A stretch of 64,000 bases of DNA from Blasia pusilla. Taxonomy: Eukaryota. This document shows positions 1 through 11,891 of the stretch, piece after piece. How positions within the stretch are numbered: the stretch's first letter is position 1; every line of letters starts with the position of its first letter. Made by a program: the position numbers and the translations under genes. Under the pieces are notes generated by a model, which did not search any database, was not told the DNA's origin, and saw only the letters and a list, made by a program, of their open reading frames with translations. The stretch is taken from NCBI GenBank assembly GCA_050084515.1, contig CM114271.1, positions 6,076,001-6,140,000 of the forward strand, written 5' to 3'.

Positions 1-420
1 TTCATTCCCTTGGACTTGGCTTCGTGTTCACGAACACGAAGCCAAGAATTTCTCGCTCTTTTTGGCCCTCAACCCAACTATCCATCCCACAATTTTCGGG
101 GAATTTCTCAACCTCTACTTCTACGTTTGTCTTGATCTTTGGTGCATCAGAATTGGCTCAACATAAAACATAGTAAAACCCCAAACGCTAGTCTAGTTCC
201 AATTCTGCTTCTCATCCTCTTTAGCAACCCACTCTTCTTAGTCTTGGTTTAGGTTTGGTCAAAGTTTCTTGGGTTGTGACCATTAACCCTTGAAACGCTC
301 ATCCTTGCTAGTGGCTCATCTCTCATGTCTCCTTCAAGAGACTCCTCCGATGCGCATCCATCCTAGTGTGAACCTACTAGAGTCATGATGTTTCGCATCG
401 ACACACGTTTGGTTATACAT
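1..420. repeat. Dispersed repeat, copy A (runs off the window start); LTR-like relic
   Basis: Shares colinear blocks with 8370-9000: CTTGGACTTGGCTT, AAACGCTAGTC, TTCAAGAGACT, CCTACTAGAGT. Confidence 0.6.
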
Positions 421-2022
421 GCCTAGTGTTAGTGTGGCAATGACCATATTGATTTGTATTGGTATGGGATCACTTAGATAAAGGCACACATGCAATTTCT
501 TGAATATCTACAAAGAAGTAAAAGCATTTATATCATCTTTGAGTTTGGCAAAATTGGTCCCATATATCTATATTGTCATTTATATAAGGAATTAAGGAAT
601 TTCGAATGTTATATGGATATAACTTCTCAGTTTTCAAATGAAAAATACTCATGTCAAGTTTCATCATTAAAATTTTCTTCTACATCAATATCTTTTCTAA
701 GTGAGAGTTGCTTATGCATTCTTTTCATTTAATTTAAAATTATTATATAATTATTCCCTTTATCGTGTACAGTTCTTTCACTTGTGAGGCCTCTCTCACG
801 TTGATTTTTAAAATATTTCCCTTTACTAAACTAAGAAGCTAAAAAGATAAAGGATTGAAAGGGGCTATCATTTTAAGTTCTTTCAAGAATTATTTTCTAC
901 TATTTAGTTCTTCTATTAATTTTTTTTTGCTTAGGACCTTAATGGTATAGATTTTATAAATCTCCTTTGGACTCAATATTCTTCATCAAATTTTCCCTTC
1001 TTCTATACATTTTTTTAAGTAGATTTTTTTTAAAATTTTGAGCTTGGTAGAAAAGGAAATTTGAAGCATATTTTGGGAAAAATTTATAAAATTTCAGTTT
1101 CAAAGATGAGAAGGGATATTAGGAGAATGGTTGGAAAAAATAAGGAGAGTGATTTTTCATTATATATAGGAAGATGGACATTAGAAAAATGAAGGATGTT
1201 TTTTTATTTCCCAAATCAAGAAGTGAAGAGACATATTTTTCAAAGCTAAGAATAAGAAAGTTTCAGTTTCTCAAAAAAAGGGGTTTTGTGTTAGATTTTC
1301 TATAATTGCGACATGTGTATAAGGGCTCCTTGATAGTTCTTCAATTTTTTGTGCTTGGAAAAAATTTCCAACCTAAAATATTTTCAAGTCAATGTGTCTG
1401 TAGCTCCCTCTGAGTTTTCATGAGCAATCCATAGTGGTTCACCATTGCATCCTTCTTATACATTACATGCACTAACTCAATGAGTAGACAAATATCGACT
1501 ATTTGAATTGGGTACGCGATTGTTCATATGAGGGCTATGGAAATGAAAACCTTCAAGAATCCAAGAACAAAGTCCACTCTACTTAAATGCATAAGAAGGA
1601 AGATTACATATAACAATAGGGATTTCACAACAGGAAACAAATCATGAGGAAGGACAGTATTAGGATCAATATACTAGCTTGCGATTCAATTATGTGTGCA
1701 ATTTAGTATCAAATCTTATTAGAGGTCCAAGGGACTTTGAGCATTTGTTGTATTTGACCAGTCATCTTACACTAAAGCCAACTCAAGGAGAAAATTTAGA
1801 CACGATACAAACTTTTATGTATTGTTGGATAAGGGCCATCTTACTATCTCTAAGACATGAGGAGTAGCCTGATCGATCATTAAATTTGTATTCTCGTCAT
1901 CTCAAAAACACATAATGTTCTTCGATATCTGGATCTGATTAGTATATATATGAAATCAATTGGGAATGAGTTCACTAAAGAGCCTCGAGATTTGGGCATG
2001 GTTCATCTACTTTATATCGAGT

Positions 2023-2500
2023 CACTAGAAGAAAAGTGCGATTTTTGTGACTCAAGTCTGTTTGACTCTTATATTTAGATGACTAAATGATGACTCATAT
2101 GATTATAAGAATGACTCACTTAGTCAGTATAAACATTTTAATCATAACGAGTCATTAGTTAGTGAAAGAGTATGACTCATGAGTAATACTTGGAACTATA
2201 TTCCACAGCTTCAAGTCGAAAATGAATGACTTGAGTCATTAAATATCGGGTAGGCTTATATGACAAGAAATAGGATGGTGACATGACACATAATCATTGG
2301 ACATGAATGCATGTCCAATACTTAGTCAATCAAGTATCACACGCCAAATGCAAACCGAATTGCTTTTTGCGCGTGAGGACCTCCAAACCATGAGCGTCAA
2401 TTCTTTGACGTAATCGAACACTTCAAATGAATAAGTGAAAAATTTGTGATGCTTTGTGATCATGTTTGGCGTCTTGAGTTGAACCTCCTAGAGTAAAGAA
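2023..2500 (+). mobile_element. CACTA/EnSpm left terminus with subterminal repeats
   Basis: CACTAGAAGAAAAGTGCGATTTTTGTGAC at 2023, followed by dense TGACT/AGTCA motifs in both orientations. The right end is uncertain; a degenerate TTTTCTTTGTAGTTG lies near 4856-4870. Confidence 0.6.
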
Positions 2501-2668
2501 CAAGGAGGCCTTAAACCAAGTCGTATGCTCTACGTTTTGGCTCTACGTTCACATAGCAATGCAGGAGGTTTTTTCGTTAAAGTTTGAGTAGCAAGAGAGC
2601 ACAAAGTAGGAAGAAGAGGTGATTTACATCCTACCTCCGCCAAGGTTGGTTCAATAAGGAGTAGGTAA

Positions 2669-2878
<210 letters not shown>

Positions 2879-4207
2879 GCGATTGTAATTGCATTTCCCG
2901 CTGGGCGTTGCAGTCCACAATCATCTATTTTGTGTTTGCCGCCCCTTTTCATTTCTGTGCATTCATTCACAAACTTATGTCTTCGTAGATTCTACCCATT
3001 GGATTTTTGAGGTGGACATTTTTTTGTGGACCGAATTTGAACCAGTTAGTTGAGAGAGAATTGTGTGTTTAGTCAAATTCTCCTTTCATTATGCGTTTGA
3101 AGTATTTCTTCATTTCCTGTTCCTACTCCCTTCTCTCATATCCCCATGGACAGTATTAATGATCTTGGGAATCGATAAGTAGGTCACTCGCTCCTTTATA
3201 GTATAGGCTTGTGTGAAGCAGGTTGTGTGAACTTTGTAAACCCTTAGGATGAGCAAGAGTTATGGCTTATGGTTGGGAGCTTATGAGTCGGAGAATACTA
3301 ACAAGTGTTTATGAAAAGCCCGGGTTCCCTCAGATTAGCCACCGAGGTTGATTTACTCTTGAATAGATCATATTCGTTAGGGTCATGCAATCTTCTATCC
3401 TAGATGGACAAGGACAACCAATCTATGTGGACATATTTAACACCCCGTTCATTCCTCCGGGAATTCAGGATGGTCCATCTGAAATTCTCCAAAAATCTTA
3501 CCCAATTCCCAGAAATGCCATTTGTGGCGTTACAGAGACAATCAGTCTCTCTCCCACCCAATTTCACAAAGTTTGTCTTAAGCCGACAACATTCATCATG
3601 GGGCAATTGAGGGGAGGCCATGATGCAGGCTACAATCCCTGCAAAAAGAGAGGTTGGCATTGTACCCGATGCGCATCCGAGTGAGGTCTCATGACACATT
3701 AACACTTTAGAGACACGGCCACTTGGAAGTGGGGGAAGCTCAACAATTCTCATTTCGGTATTGTGTTGCCAATGGTTTTTCATGATGGGCTACCTAGCTC
3801 TAAAGCTATACTTGCATGATTGGATATGGAAATGGATGACGAATGAATACACAATTCCACCTTCAACCAGACACATCCTAATCAAGAGCCTAATCACAAG
3901 ATTCTTTTAGAAACCACCACGATTACATTTCATTCTTCCAAAACATGTCTAATGCATAATCTTGATACAAAACCTGATATTATATAGTTTTGCAATTATG
4001 GCCATTCGATCAAAATTTCAAAAGATTGGAACTCTTAAAATCAGAGGGTAGGTAATGACGAGTCTCTATTCGAAGTCATACCACCTACCTAGTAAGCATA
4101 TTTAGAGCCTCGACCCTCTTTATATCAGAAGTGGCTACCCTGCACTCTCCACCAAAATGCCACAGAATTATGTTCACACACGGATCTCTCATCCGCCCAT
4201 CTGAAAA

Positions 4208-4630
4208 TCAAATCCATGAAATATGATCTCTCAAAGGAGTCGAAAGTGTGGGATCAACTTTGTGTGGGTGGCAATAGAACCACCACCTATCCTCACCACA
4301 TGCAACATGGTAATATATCATCCGATCGCATGTATAACCCTTGCTCCTAGCCTTCTTCAAGCAATTCCAATTCTATGCAGTGGGGCACCTAGGACAGTAG
4401 ACCATGTCCTTCCATAACTCCTCCATGCTTATGGCATTCTGGGCAATAATGCATAGGGCAAGACTCCACTCCCGTAGGCAAACAAGTAAAGCAAAAAAAC
4501 CTCACACAAAAGGTATCTGGGCACTCTCTCACACGAACACCATAATCCTTGCTCTCTGCAAAACTCCCCTCTAGATCACACTTGGTATACTTGGAGATTT
4601 GCTTCACATAATCCGAGGATATTGAAAATT
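4208..4630 (-). pseudogene. EDM2/NSD-type composite PHD-finger ORF relic, copy 1
   Basis: Minus strand reads ISKYTKC...RECPDTFCVRFFCFTCLPTGVESCPMHYCPEC, then after a frameshift MVYCPRCPTA*NWNCL...WWFYCHPHKVDPTLSTPLRDHISWI*. The tail matches the EDM2 motif YCxxHxIDxxLxTPxRDHI. Confidence 0.75.
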
Positions 4631-4899
4631 GCAAACTAGTATGGTAGTAGCCATGCTCAGCCAATCTTTTTCGACTTATCAGTTTTTGAGACTTACCTCT
4701 TCCTTGCAATTTTGAGGATTTTCCCTCCGCCCATCCCATAGATTTTTTCACCATTTACAATTAACAGGTGGGATATTTTTTTTACTGAGTCGGTTCTTTC
4801 AAGGAGTTCACAATTGTTCTCCGAATTTTTACCAATTGTGTGTTGCACATATCAATTTTCTTTGTAGTTGAAGTTGTTCCTTCTGGTCACAATCGCAAG

Positions 4900-4997
4900 T
4901 TTCTTTTTATGGACTTTTTTTTTCCTTACCTCTAGCACGATTTGAACCTTAGAACCCCATCTTATGGGGGCTAGAGGTGCTAACAACCGCTCATACA
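4900..4997 (-). mobile_element. Possible tRNA-derived SINE relic
   Basis: Minus strand has an A-box-like TGAGCGGTTGTT, a B-box-like GGTTCAAATC and an A-rich tail. Confidence 0.35.
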
Positions 4998-6073
4998 AAG
5001 GTAAGCAATAACATCATTTGTTAAAAAGGTTACTTCTAATAAAAAACCAACAAAATAGAAATTGACGATGATATGGTGAAATCTAGACAACAAGATAGAA
5101 TTTGAGGAGTAAGGAAGAGTTTAAGAGGCATGGTCACGTGTAGCCATATTTTGAGATGGTAGATCGTGACCTTTAGGTGGCGTGATCACATCATCTAAAA
5201 ATGAAGACAATTACAACTTAGGGTCAACATACAAGTACCTAAACTCCTTGGAATGCTTCTATACGTCTATAGCATCTATTAAAACATCATCACACTCAAT
5301 TCTATTAAAATAACTTGAGAGAACCTTCCATGTTAACTCTCATACGGGCATCCAAATGGTTAGAACCCAAAATATTAATTCCTAAGCCTTAATTTTAATT
5401 ACAGTATGAGCATTTAAGGCCCTTTCACGAGTGGTTATATTTACACATTGCACTCCAGCTATGTTAGTTAATAATATAAGAAAATTAATATATATACCTC
5501 ATATTTGAAAAAAGACTACTTCAGATCACGGGCAATAAGTTCTTAAAGGAATTACCTTTCTATTCTCTTGTGGCTTGGATCTTGAGAACCAAAAACTTAT
5601 TCTTGATGGTTACACCATCTAACAACATCATCTTGAACCTTCCATGTCAAGGTTTTTCTTCTCTACAAAAAGCAACCAAGGCTTCTATCTCTTTTATATC
5701 CCAATATTTCAAACCATCCACATGCAATGACATATGAAGGAGATCACGGGTCTTCATTCCTCCAACCAACCCATTATCCTCAAATCTCTCTCAAAACACT
5801 ATATATATTTCCTCAAAAATTTCTTTTGGAAGAAAGCTACGTCCTCTAGATCTCTGCCTAATACATTCTTCTCCATATGGATGGAATAGAATTGTGAGGG
5901 CAAACAAGCTATACCAATGGGAGTTGCATCCATGACATTAAGTTACTAAGTGTCAGGCATATGGAAAGTGTGGCTACTCTTGAAAAGAGCCCATAACTCT
6001 GTCAATGTATATTTGGATCTATCTACCAAAGTATACATTGATCCAATGTATATTTGGATAGATAGATTTCAAA

Positions 6074-6075
<2 letters not shown>

Positions 6076-6150
<75 letters not shown>
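6076..6150. repeat. Compound microsatellite (CT)n(CA)n
   Basis: Directly visible. Confidence 0.97.
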
Positions 6151-6999
6151 TCACATATGAGACGGTGGAGTTATGGTGGAAAGTTGGATCTGTCAATTGG
6201 ATGGACTCACGGTTCGGGACGGCTCGGCCAAGCAATATGGCACTTATGCGACACTTAGATGGCAGTAGGCTCTAGCATTAGATTTGGGATTGTTGGCAAG
6301 TTCATTGGTCCTACGGATGGAAAACACGTGAACATGGCTTGTTTAGGTGAACAGATGATAGGGAGGGCTCAAGTGGATGTGGGATGGACAAACCTAGGGC
6401 ATTCGTTGGACAGAGAGAAATGGGGTTGTAGATAGAACGATGGTTCATATAGAGCCTCCCTTCTCTGGATTTGATAATAAGAGGATGTGCCTCCGATTGA
6501 GGCATTGGAGCTTTACATTTTCGTGGAGCTCCATTTGCCTCCATTTCAACTAAGTTATTCTATTTTTAGTTAATTTTAAATTCTCGGGTTGAGGAAGGGA
6601 GGGAAGGGATTTATGGTACTCACACAAACTAGAGAGCATTTCACACATACCAAAGATCGTTTTACATAGTCATATCATATTCCATGGGCTATGGTGTTTT
6701 TTCTTTTTCTTTTTCTTTATTTTATTTGTAAAACCCATTTTGACATACATACTCTAGTAGCTGAAGAATAAAGAGGTTTTCATTGAGACTAATTTAACTA
6801 TCATTATGGATGTATTTTAGTTATTTTGTGCATGGTTTCTTCAAAGAGCAAGGTTTAATGAATTAAGGCAAGCTCATTACTTTTATGATGGGAACCATAG
6901 AAGATGACATATTTGATATCCAAAGTTTATTTATGTTCTATTTCATGATTGAAGAGTGACATTAGAGAGAGTCAATAAAGTGGAGGAAGAGAATTGTGG

Positions 7000-7920
7000 G
7001 TGATACCAAGACAATTCATATGGTGGGAGGTCATTCACAAGAAGGTTTAGATTTATAATGACGATTTGTTTTACAATCATATAAGAAGTCAATATAGAGT
7101 ATCATTTTAAAAGTTCCAGAAACTAGTACATGTGACTGAACCATTCATGCCATCTATGCCAACGTGGGAAAGAGCAAGAAAGAGTTGAGATACGAAAGTG
7201 TGGTGTAGTAGTTATCTATTGATTAGTCCACGATCCACCACTATGAATCTTAAGTGACTTATATGGGATTGGACAATCAATAATTGTCAAGTACATATAA
7301 AAAATCATTGGAATTCTATTGAGTACACATAAATTTTATGCCAAATATATTAATGGCCAAAAATTGATGAAATAATTGAACAAATGGGAGAAAATAAACG
7401 CATATGTGGAGTTTTATAAATCATAGGAGTTATAGATGGCTCTTACATAAAACTTAAAATTCAAACCTACTTTGAAATATTTCCCTGAGTACTATAGGAA
7501 TTTTGGTGCTTCTCGAAGGTATATGTGTTGTCGATTTGAAATTTTGGGACTTATGTTGTACTAAGACAAATCCAATCATCATGTTGTGCATTTAAGGCAA
7601 TCCATAGTGTTTGATTGCATTGAAGATTCTCATATTCTTTCTCAACCTGAAATTATATTGTCACTTGAATGTTGAGAGATTCAAGGCATTCTGCCCATAG
7701 TATTTGGGGATATCGCCTATCCACTGATAACCATGATTGTTAAAGTGTTTCCATCGATATCTACATCAAAGGCAAGAGTGACAATAGAAAATTCTTTTGG
7801 TTATTTGAAAGGAAGTTGGATAATTTTACATGATTTTCTAATGTCCCTATAAATGGTTTCTAATATGACGCTTGCATGTGGAGTTCTACATAATTTTATT
7901 ATCCTACATGTAGAGCCCCT
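7000..7920 (+). mobile_element. PIF/Harbinger transposase relic (HARBI1/DDE_Tnp_4-like)
   Basis: Colinear decayed motifs IIGVIDGSYIKL (~7420), GDIAYPL (~7708), SKARVTIENSFGYLKGSW (~7766) and LACGVLHNF (~7871), with stops and frameshifts. Confidence 0.8.
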
Positions 7921-8369
7921 ACCGCAAGACATCAATCCACTGGATTAGAGGATGAATTCTAGATTTATCCAAGCATAACTTGGATGTCATGCGCCTACTC
8001 TCTAAAATATTGGTTCATGTAGTGCGGAAGCTTGTGTTGAATAGGAAAAGATTTCACTCATTGATCTGCAAATTCTACATCCAAACACACTTACGTAAGT
8101 TTTGGTTTGAGTCCATCAGCCTTACATCTCACTGAGTTCTCAACTGAGGCCACTCATTAAGCTCAACCTTTCCTCACTTCCAACAAGGGAAAGTCTTCAT
8201 AGACTTGGGCCATACTTCCTAAACTTGGGACATGCTTCTTACATAGTCAAGATACCTATCACAATGCTTGCACATCTGGAGGTTCCAACCATTCAATGAG
8301 TCTCAAATGAGTCTCTCAACAAGACCCCAAGATATGGGTCATGGTTTGAGATTTTTGGTTTCTCCATAA

Positions 8370-9000
8370 TTTCCTCTCTTGGACTTGGCTTGGTATCCAC
8401 ATCTCGGAGCCAACCTTTTGATCCATTCTGTGCCCTTTGTTCGCCCCATGGCCCTCCAGAGAAGAGTTCAGGTTCTAAGCATCTCTGGAGATCCTCCGCC
8501 TTATATATAGTTTTAGAGATCTCCATCCCCTCCCCATCTTTCGGAAAGTCCTCTTGGACCGCTCATTTGTGTCCTCAATCCAACTACGAATCTGATAGTT
8601 TAGGGGAAATTTCTCAATCTTTGTTCATGAAAATTTCTAGATCTTTAGTGCCTTAGAATCGTCTTTTCATAAGCTTTCTAACACTACCTTATTCATCCCA
8701 AATCCACATTGGGTCTAGTTATTATGACCTTAAATATTGTAAAACCCTCAAACGCTAGTCAAATTCCAAATTCTCTTGGCAACCAACTCTCATGGGATTT
8801 TAGCTCCTCTTAAGTCTTGCTTCACATTTGGTCCTAGTTTACTAAATCATGACCCTCGTCAGATGAAATTCCTAACAGTTCTCGCATCTCACATCTTGTG
8901 TCTCATTCAAGAGACTTCTTCGATATCCTGATATGCATCCATTATAATATGAGCCTACTAGAGTTTTGATGTTCCGTATTGGCAATTTTTTGGCTATGGG
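8370..9000. repeat. Dispersed repeat, copy B (same orientation as 1-420)
   Basis: Colinear similarity with 1-420, plus extra internal sequence. Confidence 0.6.
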
Positions 9001-10700
9001 AGTCCAAACGCTTGAAGTGTAATTAAGAGCAGAAGAATGACCTTGAGTGAATTAGTGCAAGCAGAATTGTTTAAAGAGTTTTATGACACATGTGCTTATT
9101 TAAGCGAAGAGAAAACTTTTTTTTGGGTGGTTTTTGAAGGTGGGAGAAGGTTGCATTTCATAATAACCTTATTTAGGATAAGATTTGATTCAATGACCAC
9201 GTGAAATGGTGTGTGATACAAAAAGATAATTGATCTGATTGTCTCAATCTATGGAAAAGGTTTCATGATATCAATTTCTTAAGGGTTAATACTGTTTTGG
9301 CTCCATAAAACAGAGATGTTGATGACATTAATGCTAAAGTTTTGTCTAGCCACAACAGATAGGTACAATGTGTCTATCTTATTTTTTTCCATTTATAATT
9401 CTTCATTTCTTACAACATATCTTGTTACAAATCTTCCTATTATTTTGTCATATTTGGCCAAGAACATACATTTGTCAATGATGACTTTGTCCTTGATTAA
9501 GATACAAGTTACATATATCCCATTAAGTTCATGAATACATGCCTCCCTTCCATTTTGCCTCCACATTGTGTTATGTTGAAAATTGGTGCTTTTATCGTGC
9601 TCTTGCGGATTCTAAATAGTTCAAAGGATCAAGAAAATGAAACTCGATTGGTTACTTGTGAACTCTCACAAAAATTATTGAGGCACAAATCATGATTGGA
9701 AAGAACATCAATGATTAGATTATTATTTCATGCAAAAGGTTTTTTTTACATGATAATTATATGTCGCCTTATCTAGAGTCGATATTAAGACTTCCGCTAA
9801 AATTTTGTTGGGAAGTGATTCTTCTCTTTACAATCAATATATATTCATACTCAATGTCGTTTATGAAGAAATTTGGACAAAAAACTATTAAAGATGAGCA
9901 TCGTGATACCAAAATTTGTGGCCCAGTGCAACGCCCGGGCACTGTAGTACTATTGTATTATATTCTCAAAGGCATGTATGAGTTAATTTGCTGTAGGTTA
10001 TGGACCCATAATTAATAGATATGAATTATTGGGATAGCAAGAAACTAGATACAACCAATTAGAGGCATTGGTTTTATGAGATTATGATCTTATGTTACTA
10101 AAAGGATTTGTGAAAGGTTGTGTAATCTACATTAACAAAAACTCAACTATCATATGCAACATTGATTAAGTCAAAGAATCGAGAAATGGCTCAATTAATA
10201 TGGGAGATTGTTCTATAATAATGCCTCAAGACAAACCAGATTCTTATTTTCTACAAGACGATTTACCGCGACATATCTTTAATATTCTTTGAAATCTTCT
10301 CAATCTTCTTATAGAAGAATCTAACCATATTGCTACTCATATTATAAGGATGAAAGAAATGATTTCTAATAGAAGGAGGTGTGAAGCTAGGTACTTTAAT
10401 GTTTTCTACTTCTCTAATACTCTCTCAAAGAGTTTTGAGATTTTGAGTGTTGTGTTGGAAGGTCAAGAGAAAAAGTCGAGGAGTACGTCAATGGACGTAC
10501 ACCAAAGAAAACAAGGAAAGGTAAAAAGTCTAATCTAAATAATTAGAAGAGGATGAGATTAGAAGGAACTCTATTGTGGTGATGACATTATCCTTTTAGG
10601 GTCCCTCTATTGTTAACACCTATCCTCTTTAAATTCCTTATGTTGTTAATGAGTGTCATTTAAAGATATTAATTAAATTATGGGGAAAATCTTTCACCAA

Positions 10701-11122
10701 CCTATACTATTAAAAGAGTGTGGGGTTTCAGGAAGGATCTTCCTCCGCATGACACGTATGCATTTTAGGCCCTTCCCGTGCTGACATGTGGCGGGTTTAA
10801 CATGAGTTACGAGTTAAATTAAGGGGAGGGGACGGTTTCACCTGCTAGTGCAATATACTATTCTCTTCCACTCTAAAGTTTTCTAGTGTTGTGCTCACGC
10901 TTTGCCTCCAAAAGAGAAGGGAGGGGATGCCCTTTTTCTTTCGAGCGGGCCGGTTGTGGTTTTCCGGTACCGGGCTCTTTTTATTTTAATTCCCCTCTTT
11001 CACACTCCGGATGAATTTTCCATAGCCCTTTTTTTTTTCCCAGGAGAACGAATTATCAAAATGCATTACAGTATTCAATGAGAGTAATCCATTATTGCGA
11101 GAATATCGCGCGGGGGCACTAG
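10701..11122 (+). mobile_element. Non-autonomous Helitron-like element just upstream of PI4K alpha
   Basis: A|CCTATACTATTAAAAGAG at the 5' end (canonical TC altered to CC). Subterminal GCGA-gaata-TCGC hairpin, then CTAG|T at 11119-11123. A second CTAG|T near 10845-10849 may mean two tandem units. Confidence 0.55.
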
Positions 11123-11891
11123 TGACTAGACGAGGCCCGACTGACGAGTAGCCCTAATTGTTGGAACTGGTAGCACGCCAAGAGAGTCCGCACGGGCGAG
11201 AAGTCAGTCTGTCATCGACGGGCGGCCGTCCTGTTCTACGTGGAATCTACCGTACGAGGTCCGCAGATCCCCTACTACTACTAGTAGTGCACACGTCCGC
11301 CGGCTGCGGAGGTCGCCCGTCGCTCCAACGGTGTGCGACGTCGTTGTGAACTCCGTGGCGCCGTCGACTTGACTGGATTCTCGGACGCGCGGCCGATCGC
11401 GCCTGCAGCCTCGCGGGCTCCGCGGCCTCGCTCGCCTCGTCCGTGAGTGTGTCTTGTCTGTCCGCGGCCCCGCATACAGCCAGCTATCTTCCTTCCTTCC
11501 GTCCTTCGTTCGTTCGTGCGTGCGTGCGTGCCTGCCTGCCTGCCTGCCAGGACGAGAGGAGAGGAGGAAGAGGACAAGAGGGCTGGTCCACCGCTGAAGG
11601 AGATCTTCGCTCCGTGCGTGTGCAGCAGAGGTGGGAGGGCCGTGCGCGCAGGTTTGTAGAAAGAAAGAGGAACGGGTGCAATGTGATGCGATGGAGTGAA
11701 GGGGAGCATTGCGAATTGAGGCGGCAGCGGTGGAATTTTCGGGGATGCAATTCGTGATTGGAGGGGAGATCGGGGATTAGTCGTCGAGGAGGGGAGGAAG
11801 GATCGAGGTTTAGGTGTGGTGATGAACCGGATGAGCGAATCGTAGGAAAGGACGAGGTAGACAGGGCAGACAGACTGGGGACGCCGGCACG

